DNA from: Chrysomallon squamiferum
Lineage: Eukaryota > Animalia > Mollusca
Direction: 5' to 3'
Length of the DNA stretch: 64,000 nucleotides
Assembly (NCBI GenBank): GCA_012295275.1
Contig: CM022669.1
Location: 19,034,001 to 19,098,000, forward strand
In this document: in pieces, positions 1 through 13,447 of the stretch
How the letters are laid out: each line of letters starts with the position of its first letter
How positions within the stretch are numbered: position 1 is the first letter of the stretch
Notes under the pieces: model-generated
Told to the model about the DNA's origin: nothing
What the model saw: only the letters and a program-made list of their open reading frames with translations
Database searches by the model: none
Program-made: the position numbers and the translations under genes

Positions 1-149
1 TTTTATTTATATATATATATATATTAAATGTTATGTTTTTACTTAATTTTCTGTTTATTTGTTTAAATTTTGCTTTGCTTTATTGATTTTGATTTTGCTT
101 TATTGATTTTATTTTTATTTTTATTTTTCATAAACATTATTTTTGACAG

Positions 150-2019
150 GGCCAAATCAGAGTGGGCAGGATTTTGTGCTTCCGGTTGGTCGTCATAACT
201 ATCCCTTTTCCTTCCAACTGCCTCCAATACTTCCGTCTTCTTTTGAAGGGAGCTGTGGTTATGTTCGATATTTTGTTAAAGGTATAATCGACAAGCCATG
301 GAAGTTTGATCATACAACAAAACGACCATTTACCATCATATCTCACCTAGATTTGAACCAAGATCCTACAGCATCAGTAAGTACACATGAATAAACCATA
401 CTTCATCAAAATTGTCATTTACATACAATATCATTTGTTTCTTTAAGTGGTGTGTGCACATATTTTTATGTATCTTATGTTGTTATTTTTTTATATGCAG
501 TGAGGTAATTATTTATTGAATCTAATTGGTTCCAGAGCATCATTTGTTGTGTGGTTTGTTCTTTATAGGGTCCGTTGAAATGCATGTTATAAAGGGTAAT
601 CTGTTCCTGACCCTCAAATATACCTCTTAAAAATGACAAATATAGTATAAAATAGTAAAATAAGTGTATTTAAACTGAACTGAAGAATATCATTAATACT
701 TTATCTTACCTTACTGTTGTTGAGCTTGCATGAGAGGAGGGGAAGGAGAATACTACTGACAAGAGGTAGACAGACAGAAACCATCCTAGCCCTCCTTGGT
801 GACTGTCCTACAGGTAGTTTGTCTGTAGGAGGTATTTTAAAGAAGGAATCCAGAGCTTCAACCTTGTTTTCTGGACCTTCCAAAATTGGGCCATCACTGT
901 GTCATTAAAAATATTAAGGCCCATTTCTACAGCACCAACATCAGGATGATATTCCTTAACAGTTTTGAAAACTTTATTCCAGCACCAGAAAACATCTTTC
1001 ACCTCCTTGTCCTCATCCTCTCCTGACTCCTCAGAAATATTCTTCTGTGTTTGTTATGGGGACCTTTGTTCATTATGGGTTACCCCACTGTGTATATTTT
1101 TACTTCATATGTAAGTATGAACCAATTCTCATTGTGTGTCTTGCAAACAAGGTGGAAGGATTTTTCTTTCTTTAAATTGAACCATAGGTGATACAAAGAA
1201 ATAGTCTAAACACATTCTACATTCTCACATGCTTGGTACTGGGTTTTTATATTTTTTTATTTTTATTTTTATTTTTTTGTCATCAATCTTAATTAATAAT
1301 AAAAGAGTACAGTTACAGTTATCTGGGTGCTGTTATTTTTGTAGTTGTGACAGCACAACATGTGTGGACAGATCTGCTCTAAAATCTCTTCTGATATCAC
1401 AAGACATTCAGATATTAGTTTGCTAAGAATATTATGAAGTAATAAAATTGCAGTATTCAACATGATTGTTAACAGTAACAGGTCATCAAAAAAAGAAGAA
1501 AAAGAAAAGTAACATGGAAGTATAAACTTTGACAAAGTAGTGACACATTTTTAATCTAACATTATTTGTGTCTTACATATGAGTGAGAAATGTGCAGATT
1601 ATTTCAGAAAAAACCCATAACCATTATGCAATAGGAGATTCCAAACAAAGTACAGTTATTGCATTAACATAATTATTATTAGGAGCACTGTTAAAAAAAA
1701 TAAAAAGAAATAAAGAAATAAAATATATATATATGTTTTTGCAGCAACCAATGCAAGATCAATGTTCAAAGACACTGTGCTGTCTGTGCTGTGCCTCAGG
1801 ACCAATAACTGCCATTTTTAGACTTGACCGCCGGGGCTATGTTCCAGGGGAGGCAATCGGAATCAATGCTGAGGTTGACAACAAATCTAACAGGAAAATG
1901 GATTCCTCATTTGTTATTCTCAAATTGGTATGTTTACAGTGTTTAAAAAACTTAAAATCTTGTGAATTTTTTTAACATTCTTACATATGAAAATATTCAA
2001 GAGTAATTTCATGTATATA

Positions 2020-2086
<67 letters not shown>

Positions 2087-2642
2087 CATATATATATATA
2101 TACACAGACATGGTATGCACAAAACTATCTGAGCAAAGTTTTTCCTGCCATTTTTCATGTAGTTAACTTCTCTGATTGTAAGTCCTCAAATATTCAATAA
2201 GTGCAGCAGGTGGTAACAAAATATATGAAAGAATGATATATATTCAAAGTGTCATTATGATCACACAGAAATGACTCTTTTTGTGGTTCTGTTGTTTCCA
2301 GAAACATTTCAGTTTGGTGACAAAATATCCAAATCACAGTTTTGAAATGATTTTAGAAAAGTATATTAACGTTTTTGAAGATGTATTCTAAAAATCAAAT
2401 ACTTTGTTGAAAGTATTTAAATACAATTACAAATGTATTGGACCCCATGCATGACATATATATATATATATATATATAAAATTACACTTGAATATTTACT
2501 AACAATAAAGTATGACAGTAAGAACAGATTTAAATGTAGAAAATAAATCTTCGGTTATCTCCAGATGAAAAAAACTTCACAATGTTTTAACACTATTACA
2601 GTTATTACTGTTGTTACTATCATCATCATTATCATCATCATC

Positions 2643-2702
<60 letters not shown>

Positions 2703-4524
2703 TTCATTAGGTTACCATCTTTCATGCTACCACCAAGACGAAGACTGTTGAACGAGTTGTTGCTAAGGTATCTCATGGACAGATAGAGGAAGGAGACACT
2801 GACATATGGATAGCCAGCAGAGATCTTCTTGTCATTCCACCAGTTCCTCCTTCATATCTTGCAGGTTGCAACATCATTGACATCAGATATGTTCTTGAGG
2901 TAGATATCTGTTTCATAGTTCCTCAGTAGCTAATAGATATCTTTTTCATTGTGTCAGTTTCTCAGTTACTAATAGATACCTTTTTTATAGTTTCTCAGTA
3001 GCTAATAGATATCTGTTTCATGGTATCTCTATAGCTAAGATATCTTTTAAATAGTTCCTCAGTAGCTAATAGATGTTTCATAGTTTCTCAGTTACTAATA
3101 CATACCTTTTTCATGGTTTCTCAGTTACTAATAGATATTTATTTCATAGTTTCACAATAGCTAATAGATATGTTTTATAGTTTCTTAGTTATTAATAGAT
3201 ACGTATCTCACTGTTTCTCAGTAGCTAATAGATATCTTTTCATAGTTTCTCAGTATCTGATAGATCCCTTTTTCATAATTTCTCAGTTACTAATAGATAT
3301 CTTTTTCATAATGTCTCAGTTACTAATAGATACCTTTTTTGTGGTTTCTCAGTTACTAATAGATATTTATTTCATAGTTTCACAATAGCTAATATATATC
3401 TTTTTCATAGTTTCTCAGTAGCTAATAGATATCTTTTCATAGTTTCTCAATAGCTGATAGATATCTTTTTAATAGTTTCTCAGTAGCTAATAGATATCTT
3501 TTCATAGTTTCTCAGTAGCTAAAATATATCTTTTTCATAGTTTCTCAGTAGCTGATAGATATCTCAGTTACTAATAGATATTTTTTCATAGTTTCTCAGT
3601 AACTAGAACTGGAATGTGAACAATTGGCATGTTACATATAATTTAATCAGTAATTTTAATAAAAGAATATCTGTGTATCATAATTATTAATTTTCATGAT
3701 AATATATCTGTTTTTTGTTTTGACCTTCTGGATTCTTTTAAAAGTCCCCCCCATTACCATGATTAGGTTATTAATTTAATTGTATAATTCTCAGAATATT
3801 TACATATCATTATTTTCACATTGTAGCCCCATGTTTATCTAGCTCACAGAATATTTGTGTAATATTTTGTTTTTATTTATAGTTCCATGTTGATCCGTCA
3901 GGTCCTAGTTTTGATCTAGTGGTTCCATTTGAAATCCTTCTTGGAACCATTCCTCTCCAGTATATTGTTCAGCAGAACAGACCTATAGCACCACCTCCTG
4001 TTACTTTTGGTATGCCAGAACCTCCTGCTCCTGCAGGAGATGTGATGTATCCTCCTTCAGGAGATGGCCCAGGAGTTCAGCCCGTTCCTCATCCATCACA
4101 TCCTGATATGCGTGAGTAAAGAGAAATGAAAGAGACAGAAGGAAAGAAAGAAAATTGTGTGTGAGCGTGCATGTGTGAGTGAGTGCATGTGTGTGTGTGT
4201 GCATGCAGGGCTGTGTGTATTGAAATGGAAGGATTAGGTGTTTTTGAAAAGAGAGCTAAAAAAAAAAATTATAATTTTATCTTTAAATGTTTTGCAAAAT
4301 TATTCAAATGTAAATTATTTTCTTTGACTTTCTGTTAACCAATTTTAAAATGAATATGATTCAGTTTTTTTTAACTGTTGTTAAACAAGATATTAATTTT
4401 TGTTTATTATTTATTTGTTTATTCCTTACATAGATGCATACATAGATATTTGTTGGGACACATACATTATCATCATTATTGTCGTAGTTGTTGTCTTTAT
4501 TATTATTATTACCATTATTATTAC

Positions 4525-4561
<37 letters not shown>

Positions 4562-4717
4562 TTAACAGCTCCACCATCATATTCAGAATGTGTGTTTGGC
4601 AAAGTGAACGTCAAGGATGAGGAGGACAACAACTACACTGGTGGTGAACTGAACTATGCCCCAGTGTACACCTACTACAACTGGGGCCATACACCATCCG
4701 CACCACCACCTGAATAA
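150..4717 (+). CDS. ARRDC: Alpha-arrestin / arrestin domain-containing protein (ARRDC3-like), 5'-truncated by the window edge; last five coding exons
   Basis: Exons 150-376, 1745-1927, 2711-2899, 3883-4111 and 4569-4717 join in frame at GT-AG sites. Motifs: HNYPFSFQLPPILPSSFEGSCGYVRY..IDKPWKFD (arrestin_N); KTLCCLCCASGPI..GYVPGEAI..EVDNKSNR and IPPVPPSYLAGCNIIDIRY (arrestin_C); ILLGTIPL; C-terminal PPSY (PY motif). Confidence 0.95.
835..1050 (-). mobile_element. Degenerate pogo/Tigger-type transposase C-terminal relic in an ARRDC intron
   Basis: The minus strand reads EESGEDEDKEVKDVFWCWNKVFKTVKEYHPDVGAVEMGLNIFNDTVMAQFWKV, then after a frameshift LDSFFK. This fits the Tigger/TIGD C-terminal pattern as I recall it (acidic stretch, W..V..F.EK.HP......A.NLFND..M..F..ILK....SLD.F). 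The segment is GC-richer than the surrounding intron. Confidence 0.65.
2903..3603. repeat. Minisatellite, about 33-bp unit (GATATCTTTTTCATAGTTTCTCAGTAGCTAATA), roughly 20 degenerate copies
   Basis: Visible tandem recurrence of atagtttctcagt(a/t)(g/a)ctaatagata. It starts immediately after the ARRDC donor at 2900. Confidence 0.92.
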
Positions 4718-6947
4718 CAGCAAGTGACTGATCCAGTCTGACTCACTTTGAGTGAGAAATCACTGTACAATAATGTAAGAAAACAGGTACAACAGTATCT
4801 GTATGAGAATAAGCATAATAATTTCTGAATGTTTATAAATATCTGTGAATATAAATATAATTATAAATACTAAAGAATACCTGAATAAATAATGTATAAT
4901 GTGAATAATTTCTAAATAATTTCTAAATATCTTGTGATTTTTGATAGTTTTTGAATGCTTACAAGTAATTATTACTATCAGGATAATTATGTATAAGAAT
5001 AAGCATAAATAGTATTTGAATAGGAATGTAAATAATAATAATTCCTGAAAATTAATAAATATTTGTGAGTATCACTATAAGTATGTGAATAATAATATCT
5101 GAGGAGTGTGTTATCTGAAGAAGGATATGTAAGTAAATATTGTTTGAATAAGAAAAAAAAAACAGTATTCTTCTTCCAACAAAAAGTTTCAATATTTTTA
5201 TCATATACCAAAATTTTGAAATGGGGACAAAGACATGACAAAGTATTTGATTTTTAGAATACACCTTCAAAAACGTTAATATAGATGTGAAATGTGTCAT
5301 GAATTTCTACTGGCTAGAGACTTTCATGCTTATTACACTAACAGTTTCAATATTTTTATCATATACCAAAATTTAGTTACATCAAAAAATTCTTAATCTT
5401 TCACATCATTAGAACAGCTGAAAAAGTTTCTCGCCCTGTGTGTTAGTTACATAATGTTTGCAGTGACTAATGCAACTGGTCTCAAGTGACAGCTGTGTAA
5501 AACCAGACATCATGGCCTAGTCCAGAATGAGTAGGATTAAAAATTATTCAACCGTTTGTGTTCTTGTAGAATAATCATCTTGTGTTTCATCGTGTCATCT
5601 TAGTTTTGTTAGCAATACATCTGCTTTGTTGACAGTTCGGACATTTCACAAATTTCAATTCACCAGTTATTACTCATTGCTATTTTTAATTCATTCTTGT
5701 TCAAGTGAAATTCTGCTATTGTTTGTATGTATTGTTTTTATTCATTTGTAAAGATTAGAAAACATTCCTGTAAAATAGATGAGAAAAAAAAGATATACCT
5801 ATGGCCTAACTGCTCAGAAATTATAATTTTAGTAACATTTTTTAAAGAAGATTTACAATCCATCTCTATTCATTTATTTGATATTATTATTAATTATTTT
5901 ACATATAACAGTTGAAATCTCAAGTTTCCAAGGGCTGTGTCTGTTACCAATGAAGACTTGAAAGAAGCAGCTTTGTTAATTTACTTTATAGATTTCTGGA
6001 TTTAATATTAGTAACTGAAATCTTTCTATTTTCAGTACCCACAGTATATTTTTAAGTTGTTCATGTGTGTGTGTGTGTGTGTGTGTGCACCATTATGTCT
6101 TTTAATATTAAAATTTAACTACTTGTTACTTCAATGATTGTTTATTTTTTATAAGCAGATATAAAAACAAAGAGTGAGAGCTTATATTTTTATATTTGGA
6201 AAAAATAAAACAAAAATAATAAAAAATAAAAAACTGAGAGGATATGAAATGAGAGAAATTTAACAAATACTTAAGCTTCAAAAATTGTCACTGCAGTTTA
6301 GTTGATGACAATTTTTATGAGTGCCAAATCATCTATATATTTTTTCAGTCCCTTTCAGAACAGCAAATCAGTGCAATTCAGAGACAGAATATATTTTTGA
6401 ACTATTTGTTTTAATGATTTATCATGCATAGTCAACAAACTCAAAATTGACCGAACAGGTTAGAAGACTTTTAATGTAAGTTACTGGGGTTGTTTTTTTT
6501 GGTTTGTTTTGTGGGGTTTTTTTTAACTGTAGATCAGAAAGTAAGAGTGTAGGAGATATTTACAATGTGATGGTTAAGTAATATTCTCTATGGTAGCAGT
6601 TTAATAAGGATTTGGACTTCACTTTGGGCGTTAAAAGAAGACTGAGATGTGGCCTGGTGTAAGAGTGTGGAGTTAGAAAACAGCTCAAAAAAAACCAAGA
6701 CTAACTAGTTTAATGGTGCTAGCTGATTTCAAAAACTTACTTAATCAAGTGTCTGGAAAACGAAGAAACACCTGTAGTCCAATGAAAAAGTGAGGAACAA
6801 AAAGAAATCTGATTTTAGTCTGGTTAAATAAAAATTTGGTTTGGGTTGATCTTTCTAGATAATAATGTGGCAAGACAAAATACATTTTTGCTCTTAATGT
6901 GTGGAGTAATAAAAAAAATTTTTTTTGTTTTTTTGATTTCATTACTA

Positions 6948-6978
<31 letters not shown>

Positions 6979-7490
6979 TAACTGCCAAAAAGACATCATC
7001 CTTCAGGGTTCATTTCATTTTAGGTATGGAAGCCATATTATGGTCAATTTGTTTTATTTTTATTTTCTTCTTTAGGGTACATGTTTTTATTTATACAAAT
7101 TTTATGTATATTGTATACTTAACGTCAGTGTTTTCAAGAGTTTGGTAATGTATACTCAATTTATATTCTTTTTTATTATTTATTTTATATTTATTTATTA
7201 TATTTTGTTAAATAAACAAGAACATTTGTTTATACTGCTCTTACATTAATACCACCACAGGGACTCTAATACAATATATATTTTCTTATATCTCTATTAT
7301 TATATTTCTAATTAAATATATACTTGATTTGTTTTATTATTTACCACTGTTTTTAAAGCAATTTTATATATACATTTATGAATGATTCTTGTTCCATAAA
7401 ATGTTATGTATCTTATTATATGTTAAAATGGATATATTATTAAATATGTGAATATATAAAAACAATGTGTTTTTTTTTTTTATATATATA

Positions 7491-7533
<43 letters not shown>

Positions 7534-7559
7534 GTGGTATAATTTTAATATAATCTGGG

Positions 7560-7800
7560 TGATGCCATTTTTCTGTAGTGACGTCATCGCGTACACAGAG
7601 GGCACAATTGCCTGGAAGTTCTAACTGCGGCAACCAATGGGAAAATGTCAGTTCAGTAAATTTAAATGGCGCTCACTGCTTCAATGAAGGCCGAGTTGTT
7701 ACTGAATACTTTTTTTTACAGCTTGCTGTTCTGCTGCTGATGTAAACATAAAAAGGTCAAATAAAATTGCCTAAACTCAGTCTAGCTGTATGATTACCAG
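7560..7800 (+). promoter_or_regulatory. Possible promoter-like CpG-containing island (CRE, CCAAT, AAATGGCG motifs)
   Basis: TGACGTCA at 7579-7586, CCAAT near 7634, TTTAAATGGCG near 7661, and a donor-like CAG|GTAGTG at 7800. No linked CDS identified. Confidence 0.3.
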
Positions 7801-7859
7801 GTAGTGTACATACAGATAAAAATAATTAAAAAAAATAATAATAATAAAATTAAAATTAT

Positions 7860-7905
7860 TAATAATTATTAGTTCAAACGAAAAATAGCATGCTGGAACA
7901 ACAAG

Positions 7906-7950
<45 letters not shown>

Positions 7951-8606
7951 TGTGGTTTTATTTATCACCATTATTACCAGTGTTACTGTTGGGTTTTTTT
8001 TCGTTTTTTTTTTTTTTTATCTTTATCATTATTTCACAGTTGCTATAAATAAATCGCTGGTAATGCAAACTGTATTATTTTTTACCCTCTCCTTAAAGTA
8101 CTAAATAAGTTTGTCAAACTAGTAATAACGTATGGCTTCTGTTTTTAAACTGTTTTTAAAATGTCATTTTGCTTTGCGAACACGGAACCAGATAATTCGT
8201 ACGTGTGACAACTCCCACGATTATGTTTGCAGCAGATAACCTCGCCCTCGGAAAAAAAAAAAATAATAATAATAATAATAATAATATTTTAAATATGTAT
8301 ACTGTTTATTGCCTAAGTTATGTGGTTAAAGAAGAAATATATGGACCTTTAATTTAAAAAAATAATAATAAAATTGTGCAATAAGGCTTGAAGCTGTCGA
8401 GTTAACTTCCTGGTCTTTCGTTCAAACGTGTAAAGTCACATTATCGATGTTTGAAGCATATAAACACATCTTATTTGAATAAATTATTTAAATTGTATGT
8501 GTAAAATAATAATAAGAATAATAACAACAACAACAACAGGTTTCTAGCGTTGTACACAAGATTTCTCAAAAGTGTAAACACAAAATATACACATTTTAAA
8601 GTCAGT

Positions 8607-8660
<54 letters not shown>
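7860..8660 (+). repeat. Diverged direct segmental repeat, copy 1 (copy 2 at about 11455-12320)
   Basis: Shared colinear blocks include aataaatcgctggtaatgca, ttttaaaatgtcattt.gctt.gcgaac, ttcgtacgtgtgaca.ctcccacgatta.gtttgca.cagataacctcgccctcg and tgtttattgcctaagt, plus the same (ATT)n and (CT)n tracts. Confidence 0.9.
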
Positions 8661-8697
<37 letters not shown>

Positions 8698-10386
8698 CCC
8701 GTTCGCAGAAATTTATATTGGCATGGGGTACGCAATCAACATCGCAGAGACTGAAATGCTTCGGGGTCCGGGCGCACGTCCTCTGCATTTTCCTGCATTC
8801 TCAGAAGTACATCATCAGACTACAAATACTCGTGTGGATTTTTTTTTTTATTTATATATTTTTTAATCAAATTACTTGCTTTGTATTTAACGGTCAAACA
8901 CGAACATTTTAAGAGGGCCCTTTGGAATGTGGACTGCGCCCCCCATGCCATTATAATATACTTTATTCATTTTATTTTTTTTAAATTTGCTTCGTGGACA
9001 ACCGCACCTCTGGCTCCGCCCTCGCTTCACCACTGTCTGGGGTGGACTGGGATCCATTACTGTGAAACACTTCTGTCATGATTAATGGTTTCACCATTTG
9101 AAAATTAATTTGATGACCATCTTTTGTTTAAAGCACTTGCCGGCAAACTTTTCAAATCCTTTTCATGGAAATCTTTAGCCTCATCGACTCCCAATCACAT
9201 TAAATATATAAATAAATGTTATCAGTAATAAGTTTCACTGTTTAAAAATAAATAAACTTTTGGTAATTTAATGAGAGAAGAAGAAAAAAAGAAGAAAAAA
9301 TTACATATTAATCACAAGTTCCTTATAAAGGCACGTCCTTACCATTCTTGACCCCGGTGTTTTATTGTCCTCTTTTAATACCCCTAGAGATTTATCAAAC
9401 CTTTGGATAATTCCATCGACCACCAGGAGTCGCTACCAACCACACTGCAGGCTGTTACCTAATTTTCCCGAAAAACCTGTTTTCCCGGATTTAAGAAATG
9501 CGAGGGATTTAAAAGTTTCGGACCATCCGAAATCACGTTAATCTGATTATCTTGTTTCGGTGCATCTTTTGATTTTAGAATTTTATTATATTTTCTCAGG
9601 CGCATGTTTTGTTATTTAATTAGCACATTTTGTTTATCTTTGATTCTAATGTTTTGATATTAAATTAGTTCATGCTTTGATTTCAGAACTGGATTAAACT
9701 GACACCGAGTTAATTTAATTAACCATAACCCATATATATTATGATGGTGACATAAAAATACATTCCATTCCATGAGTAAGTGAGTAGACAACTGAATCAC
9801 TTAAACAAGAGACATACTGAAAGCCCCATGCCATTTAGCGATTCACAAAGTGCTAACCAAATTATCATTGATTCTGATATTATATCACCGTGTGGCGGAG
9901 TGCGGCGTGCACTTTAACAAACATCAGTTATACGCTCCCAGAATAAATATGAATACAACACAATATTCTTGCCGTTCTTGCTGAGTGTTTGCTTTGCGAA
10001 ATCTGTCGAACCGGTCTCCCGCAAGTAGTAATGTACTGAATATCATAAATAACATAATCTCATCAGTATCCATACACCCGGATCTATATTTCTATATTTA
10101 TTCTCTTGTTTCGGATAACCGGTCCGCCACCCTTTCCAGGTCATCAGTTTAAAGACATTTTTAAGGCATGTCCTGCCTGCATTAAAAACGCTCACGGAAT
10201 TAGACGATTGTTTCTGAAAAGAGTCGAAAGTAGTCTTAACGAAAAGGAGACCAATCGTAAGTCTTCGATGATGTTAGACCGAGAGGTTCCGAATAAAAGA
10301 AACAAGGTAAACTGCTTTCTTACGACATAGCTACGATTTCGCAACAATAACTCTCTCAAATGATTTCACGGCGACATTAAGCGCAA

Positions 10387-10521
10387 ATGAGCAAGATGGA
10401 TACATTTCTAATCGCCTTTGAAAATCCTCAAGGTGTATATTCTCCTGGCCAATTAGTGCGATGTTATGTCACAATCAAACTCAATCAGAAAATGAAAATG
10501 ACAGGGAAGATATTTTCTTAA
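10387..10521 (+). pseudogene. Orphan first coding exon of an ARRDC paralog (donor mutated)
   Basis: Translates MSKMDTFLIAFENPQGVYSPGQLVRCYVTIKLNQKMKMTG, a typical alpha-arrestin N-terminus. The expected donor reads G|GGAAGA instead of G|GTAAGA, and the frame runs to TAA at 10519-10521. No following arrestin exons in this orientation. Confidence 0.75.
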
Positions 10522-10750
10522 TTAAAAAGATTATACACAACCTTCAAGAAACTTGTAATATATAGTTATATAGCTGAACACCATAAATACCTGTTTAACA
10601 TTACGGAACATCAACTTTTCCTACAGTGTCCGCTTAAAATCATATATTGTCATTAACATTAACACTAGTCTGATCATTTAATAAATGTTAATACTAATAA
10701 TGATAATACAGTAATAACTTTACGTATATGCAAATAACCCATTTTATTTC

Positions 10751-11112
10751 GCAAGATTTTTTCGCATCCTTGTTGGGCGGTCACCACAGTATACAGTGTC
10801 AGCAAAGTGACGTTTTCAAAAATTCCCTTCTGGCGGTCCATTTGAAAAACCTTTTAAAAGAAACTTAGTGTGATGACGTAGTATACAGATTTTCCTACAG
10901 CCTAGCTTTTGATTTTCGAATATTGATGAAGGAGTAATTTCTAAAAAAATTGACGAAAGATAACTTTATAACACCCAGAGAAAAGTCATCGATCATCGGA
11001 AAAATCTTGGATCACTCCTTCAATAAAAAATATGTTATAGATATGCTTATTAACTATTACTGTGGTAAGTTTTATGGTTCCGATCGATGATTCTGAGGTT
11101 GCGAAAACTTGC
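10751..11112. mobile_element. Fold-back / MITE-like element with nested imperfect inverted repeats
   Basis: Outer pair gcaagattttttcgcatcct / aggttgcgaaaacttgc; middle pair caccacagtata / tattactgtggt; inner pair tattgatgaaggagtaat / atcactccttcaata. Confidence 0.5.
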
Positions 11113-11140
11113 AAACCGAACGGGCGGTTGCCTTGGGCAC

Positions 11141-11361
11141 TGATATAGGGCGGCATTAAATCAGAGAAAAGAACTTTATAAATTTGGTTGATTTATATTT
11201 AAATCGAATAAACTGTTTATTTTACGTTTCATCTGTGTTCACATATTCAAAATATCTTCCTTTCTCATAATATTTCTCAGTACCAGGCCTGACGCTTGAG
11301 TGTTTGGGGCATGCAATCAAGGAGTGGGCCCCGGGCATCACTAGACCTCTGCACGCCACTG
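11141..11361 (+). mobile_element. 5'-degenerate copy of the hAT-like MITE at 23503-23736
   Basis: Shares tttggttgatttatatttaaatcgaataaa, acatattcaaaatatcttcc and gggccccgggcatc, and ends in the TIR tctgcacgccactg. Confidence 0.75.
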
Positions 11362-11454
11362 CATACAGAGAACCGAAAACGGCTACAGAAATTTTCAAAT
11401 GAAACGTAAGAATGTCTTGAAGAAAAACAAAAACAAACAACAACAACAACAAAA

Positions 11455-11518
11455 TTTATTAATAATTATTAATACAAACGAAAAAGCAATTAATGCCGTG
11501 ATGGAGCAACACGTTTGG

Positions 11519-11577
<59 letters not shown>

Positions 11578-12132
11578 GTGGTTCTTTTCACCATTATTAT
11601 TATTATTATCAGTGTTACTGTTTTTGTACTTATTTTTTATTATTACTGTCACAGTTCCTGTTAATAAATCGCTGGTAATGCATAATGTGTTGTTTATTAC
11701 CTTAGCTTTAATGTACTAAATAACTGCGTCTCAAACTGCACTGGTAAGAACGCATGTCCTCTTTTCACACTGGTTTTAAAATGTCATTTCGCTTAGCGAA
11801 CGATACACGCAACCAGTTAATTCGTACGTGTGACATCTCCCACGATTAAGTTTGCAACAGATAACCTCGCCCTCGAAAAAATAAAAATATCAGATAGTTT
11901 AGCAGACCGAATATTTTAAAATTTGTATTCTGTTTATTGCCTAAGTAATGTGATTAAAGAAGAAATATATGGACAATTAATTTAAACATAAATTTAAATT
12001 GTGAAATAATTAAGAAGGCTTCTTGCTGTGGAGCTAGCTTTTAATGTCACATTATCGCAGTTTGAAGCATACAAACACATTTTACCTACGTAAATTATTT
12101 AAATTCTGTGCATGTGTAAAACAACAACAACA

Positions 12133-12171
<39 letters not shown>

Positions 12172-12225
12172 TATTAACAAGATATTTCAAAAGTGTAAAT
12201 ATAAAAATCACACACTTTAAAGTCG

Positions 12226-12319
<94 letters not shown>

Positions 12320-12320
12320 T
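11455..12320 (+). repeat. Diverged direct segmental repeat, copy 2, abutting the left palindrome arm
   Basis: Colinear similarity to 7860-8660 (see that feature). Confidence 0.9.
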
Positions 12321-13447
12321 TCTAACCAATAGGTACCTCTGTGTCTTTCACATACAAATATATATTCCCAGTTTATCGTCACACATACTGTCTTTTTCTC
12401 TCATACATACAACCGTATATACCTACACTTCTCGTTCATTCGCGCATTCAAACGTAAGTAACCACTCCCCACTCTCTCATAAAAACACTTATATATATAT
12501 ATACTCTACTGACGACACCATTATAATGCTGCTGTTAATATTACTGTTTCATGACGGTCTACTAAGAATAGGTTTCTAACTACTCTACAGTAAAATAAAT
12601 AAATAGTAAATGAAGCTTTGACTTATCTGTATTATGAATAACGGTCCTGGAATGTGAAAAGCGACAAATTAATTGCAATGTCAAAAGCTAGTGTTCATTT
12701 TGTATTTAAAAAAAAAAAATAATAATAATGATAATTCTCGTCAAACAGTTTAATAGGATGGATGAATAAAGCGGGTAAAGAGGACATTTTTAGAAGTATT
12801 ATAGAAATTTCCTAAATAATAAATTATAAAATCAGCTATTTCAACAGTAGACACAAAGCAAATTTTAAAGCAATCGTGATTTTTATCAGTTTTTCATGCT
12901 TCTTAAGCTTTCTGTAGACAGCTGATGCTGAAATTATAGCGTGTACACATGAATATATAATAATGAGCATAATAAGTGTTATTTCTGTCAGCAGAAAAGT
13001 TCAAGTTCAAATAATAGTTATCGTCCATCTAGGTCAATTTGAAAGGCTAACACACTGGAAATCGCAACAGAGGATAAAAGATTCAACCAAAATAATGCTT
13101 AACTTTCTTACCTGCGGATTCACACAGTGTGGCTAAGTTATTTCGCAATTATTTAAAAAAAATCGTTTCACAGATTAGAGATTTAATGATATTTTATGGT
13201 TTTAATGAGATAAAAAAAAAAAAAAAAAGAATTTCGCTTGCAAATCCTGCATGACCATTTTGTGTACATGTCAAATAGCATGGCCCTGTTGCTTGTGGGG
13301 TAAGTGCTATAATTATCTCTTTTTTCCTTCGTAACCAATCGTATTCTTTCCAGTCTCTTAATCGTGATGCTCACTGACAACGGCTATGTACACACAGCGA
13401 CGTCTTACTGCTAGTTACTGCTAGAGGTTTCACTGTGGGCACTGATT

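Noticed and set aside
2555-2786. Poly-I, poly-L, poly-Y, ER and CV ORFs here and at 4.4, 11.4, 12.1, 14.8, 23.8 and 26.6 kb
   Set aside because: Translations of (ATT)n, (CTT)n, (AG)n and (TG)n microsatellites.
2903-3603. 33-bp periodic array as a possible CRISPR
   Set aside because: Head-to-tail degenerate units with no unique spacers, located in a eukaryotic intron.
8695-9022. Possible hAT-like MITE (aggcccgttcgcaga ... tctggctccgccct)
   Set aside because: The termini match only loosely and I found no TSD or second copy.
9030-9460. Exon-like minus-strand stretches with a GTAAGG donor near 9340
   Set aside because: Frames are interrupted by stops and no recognisable protein emerges.
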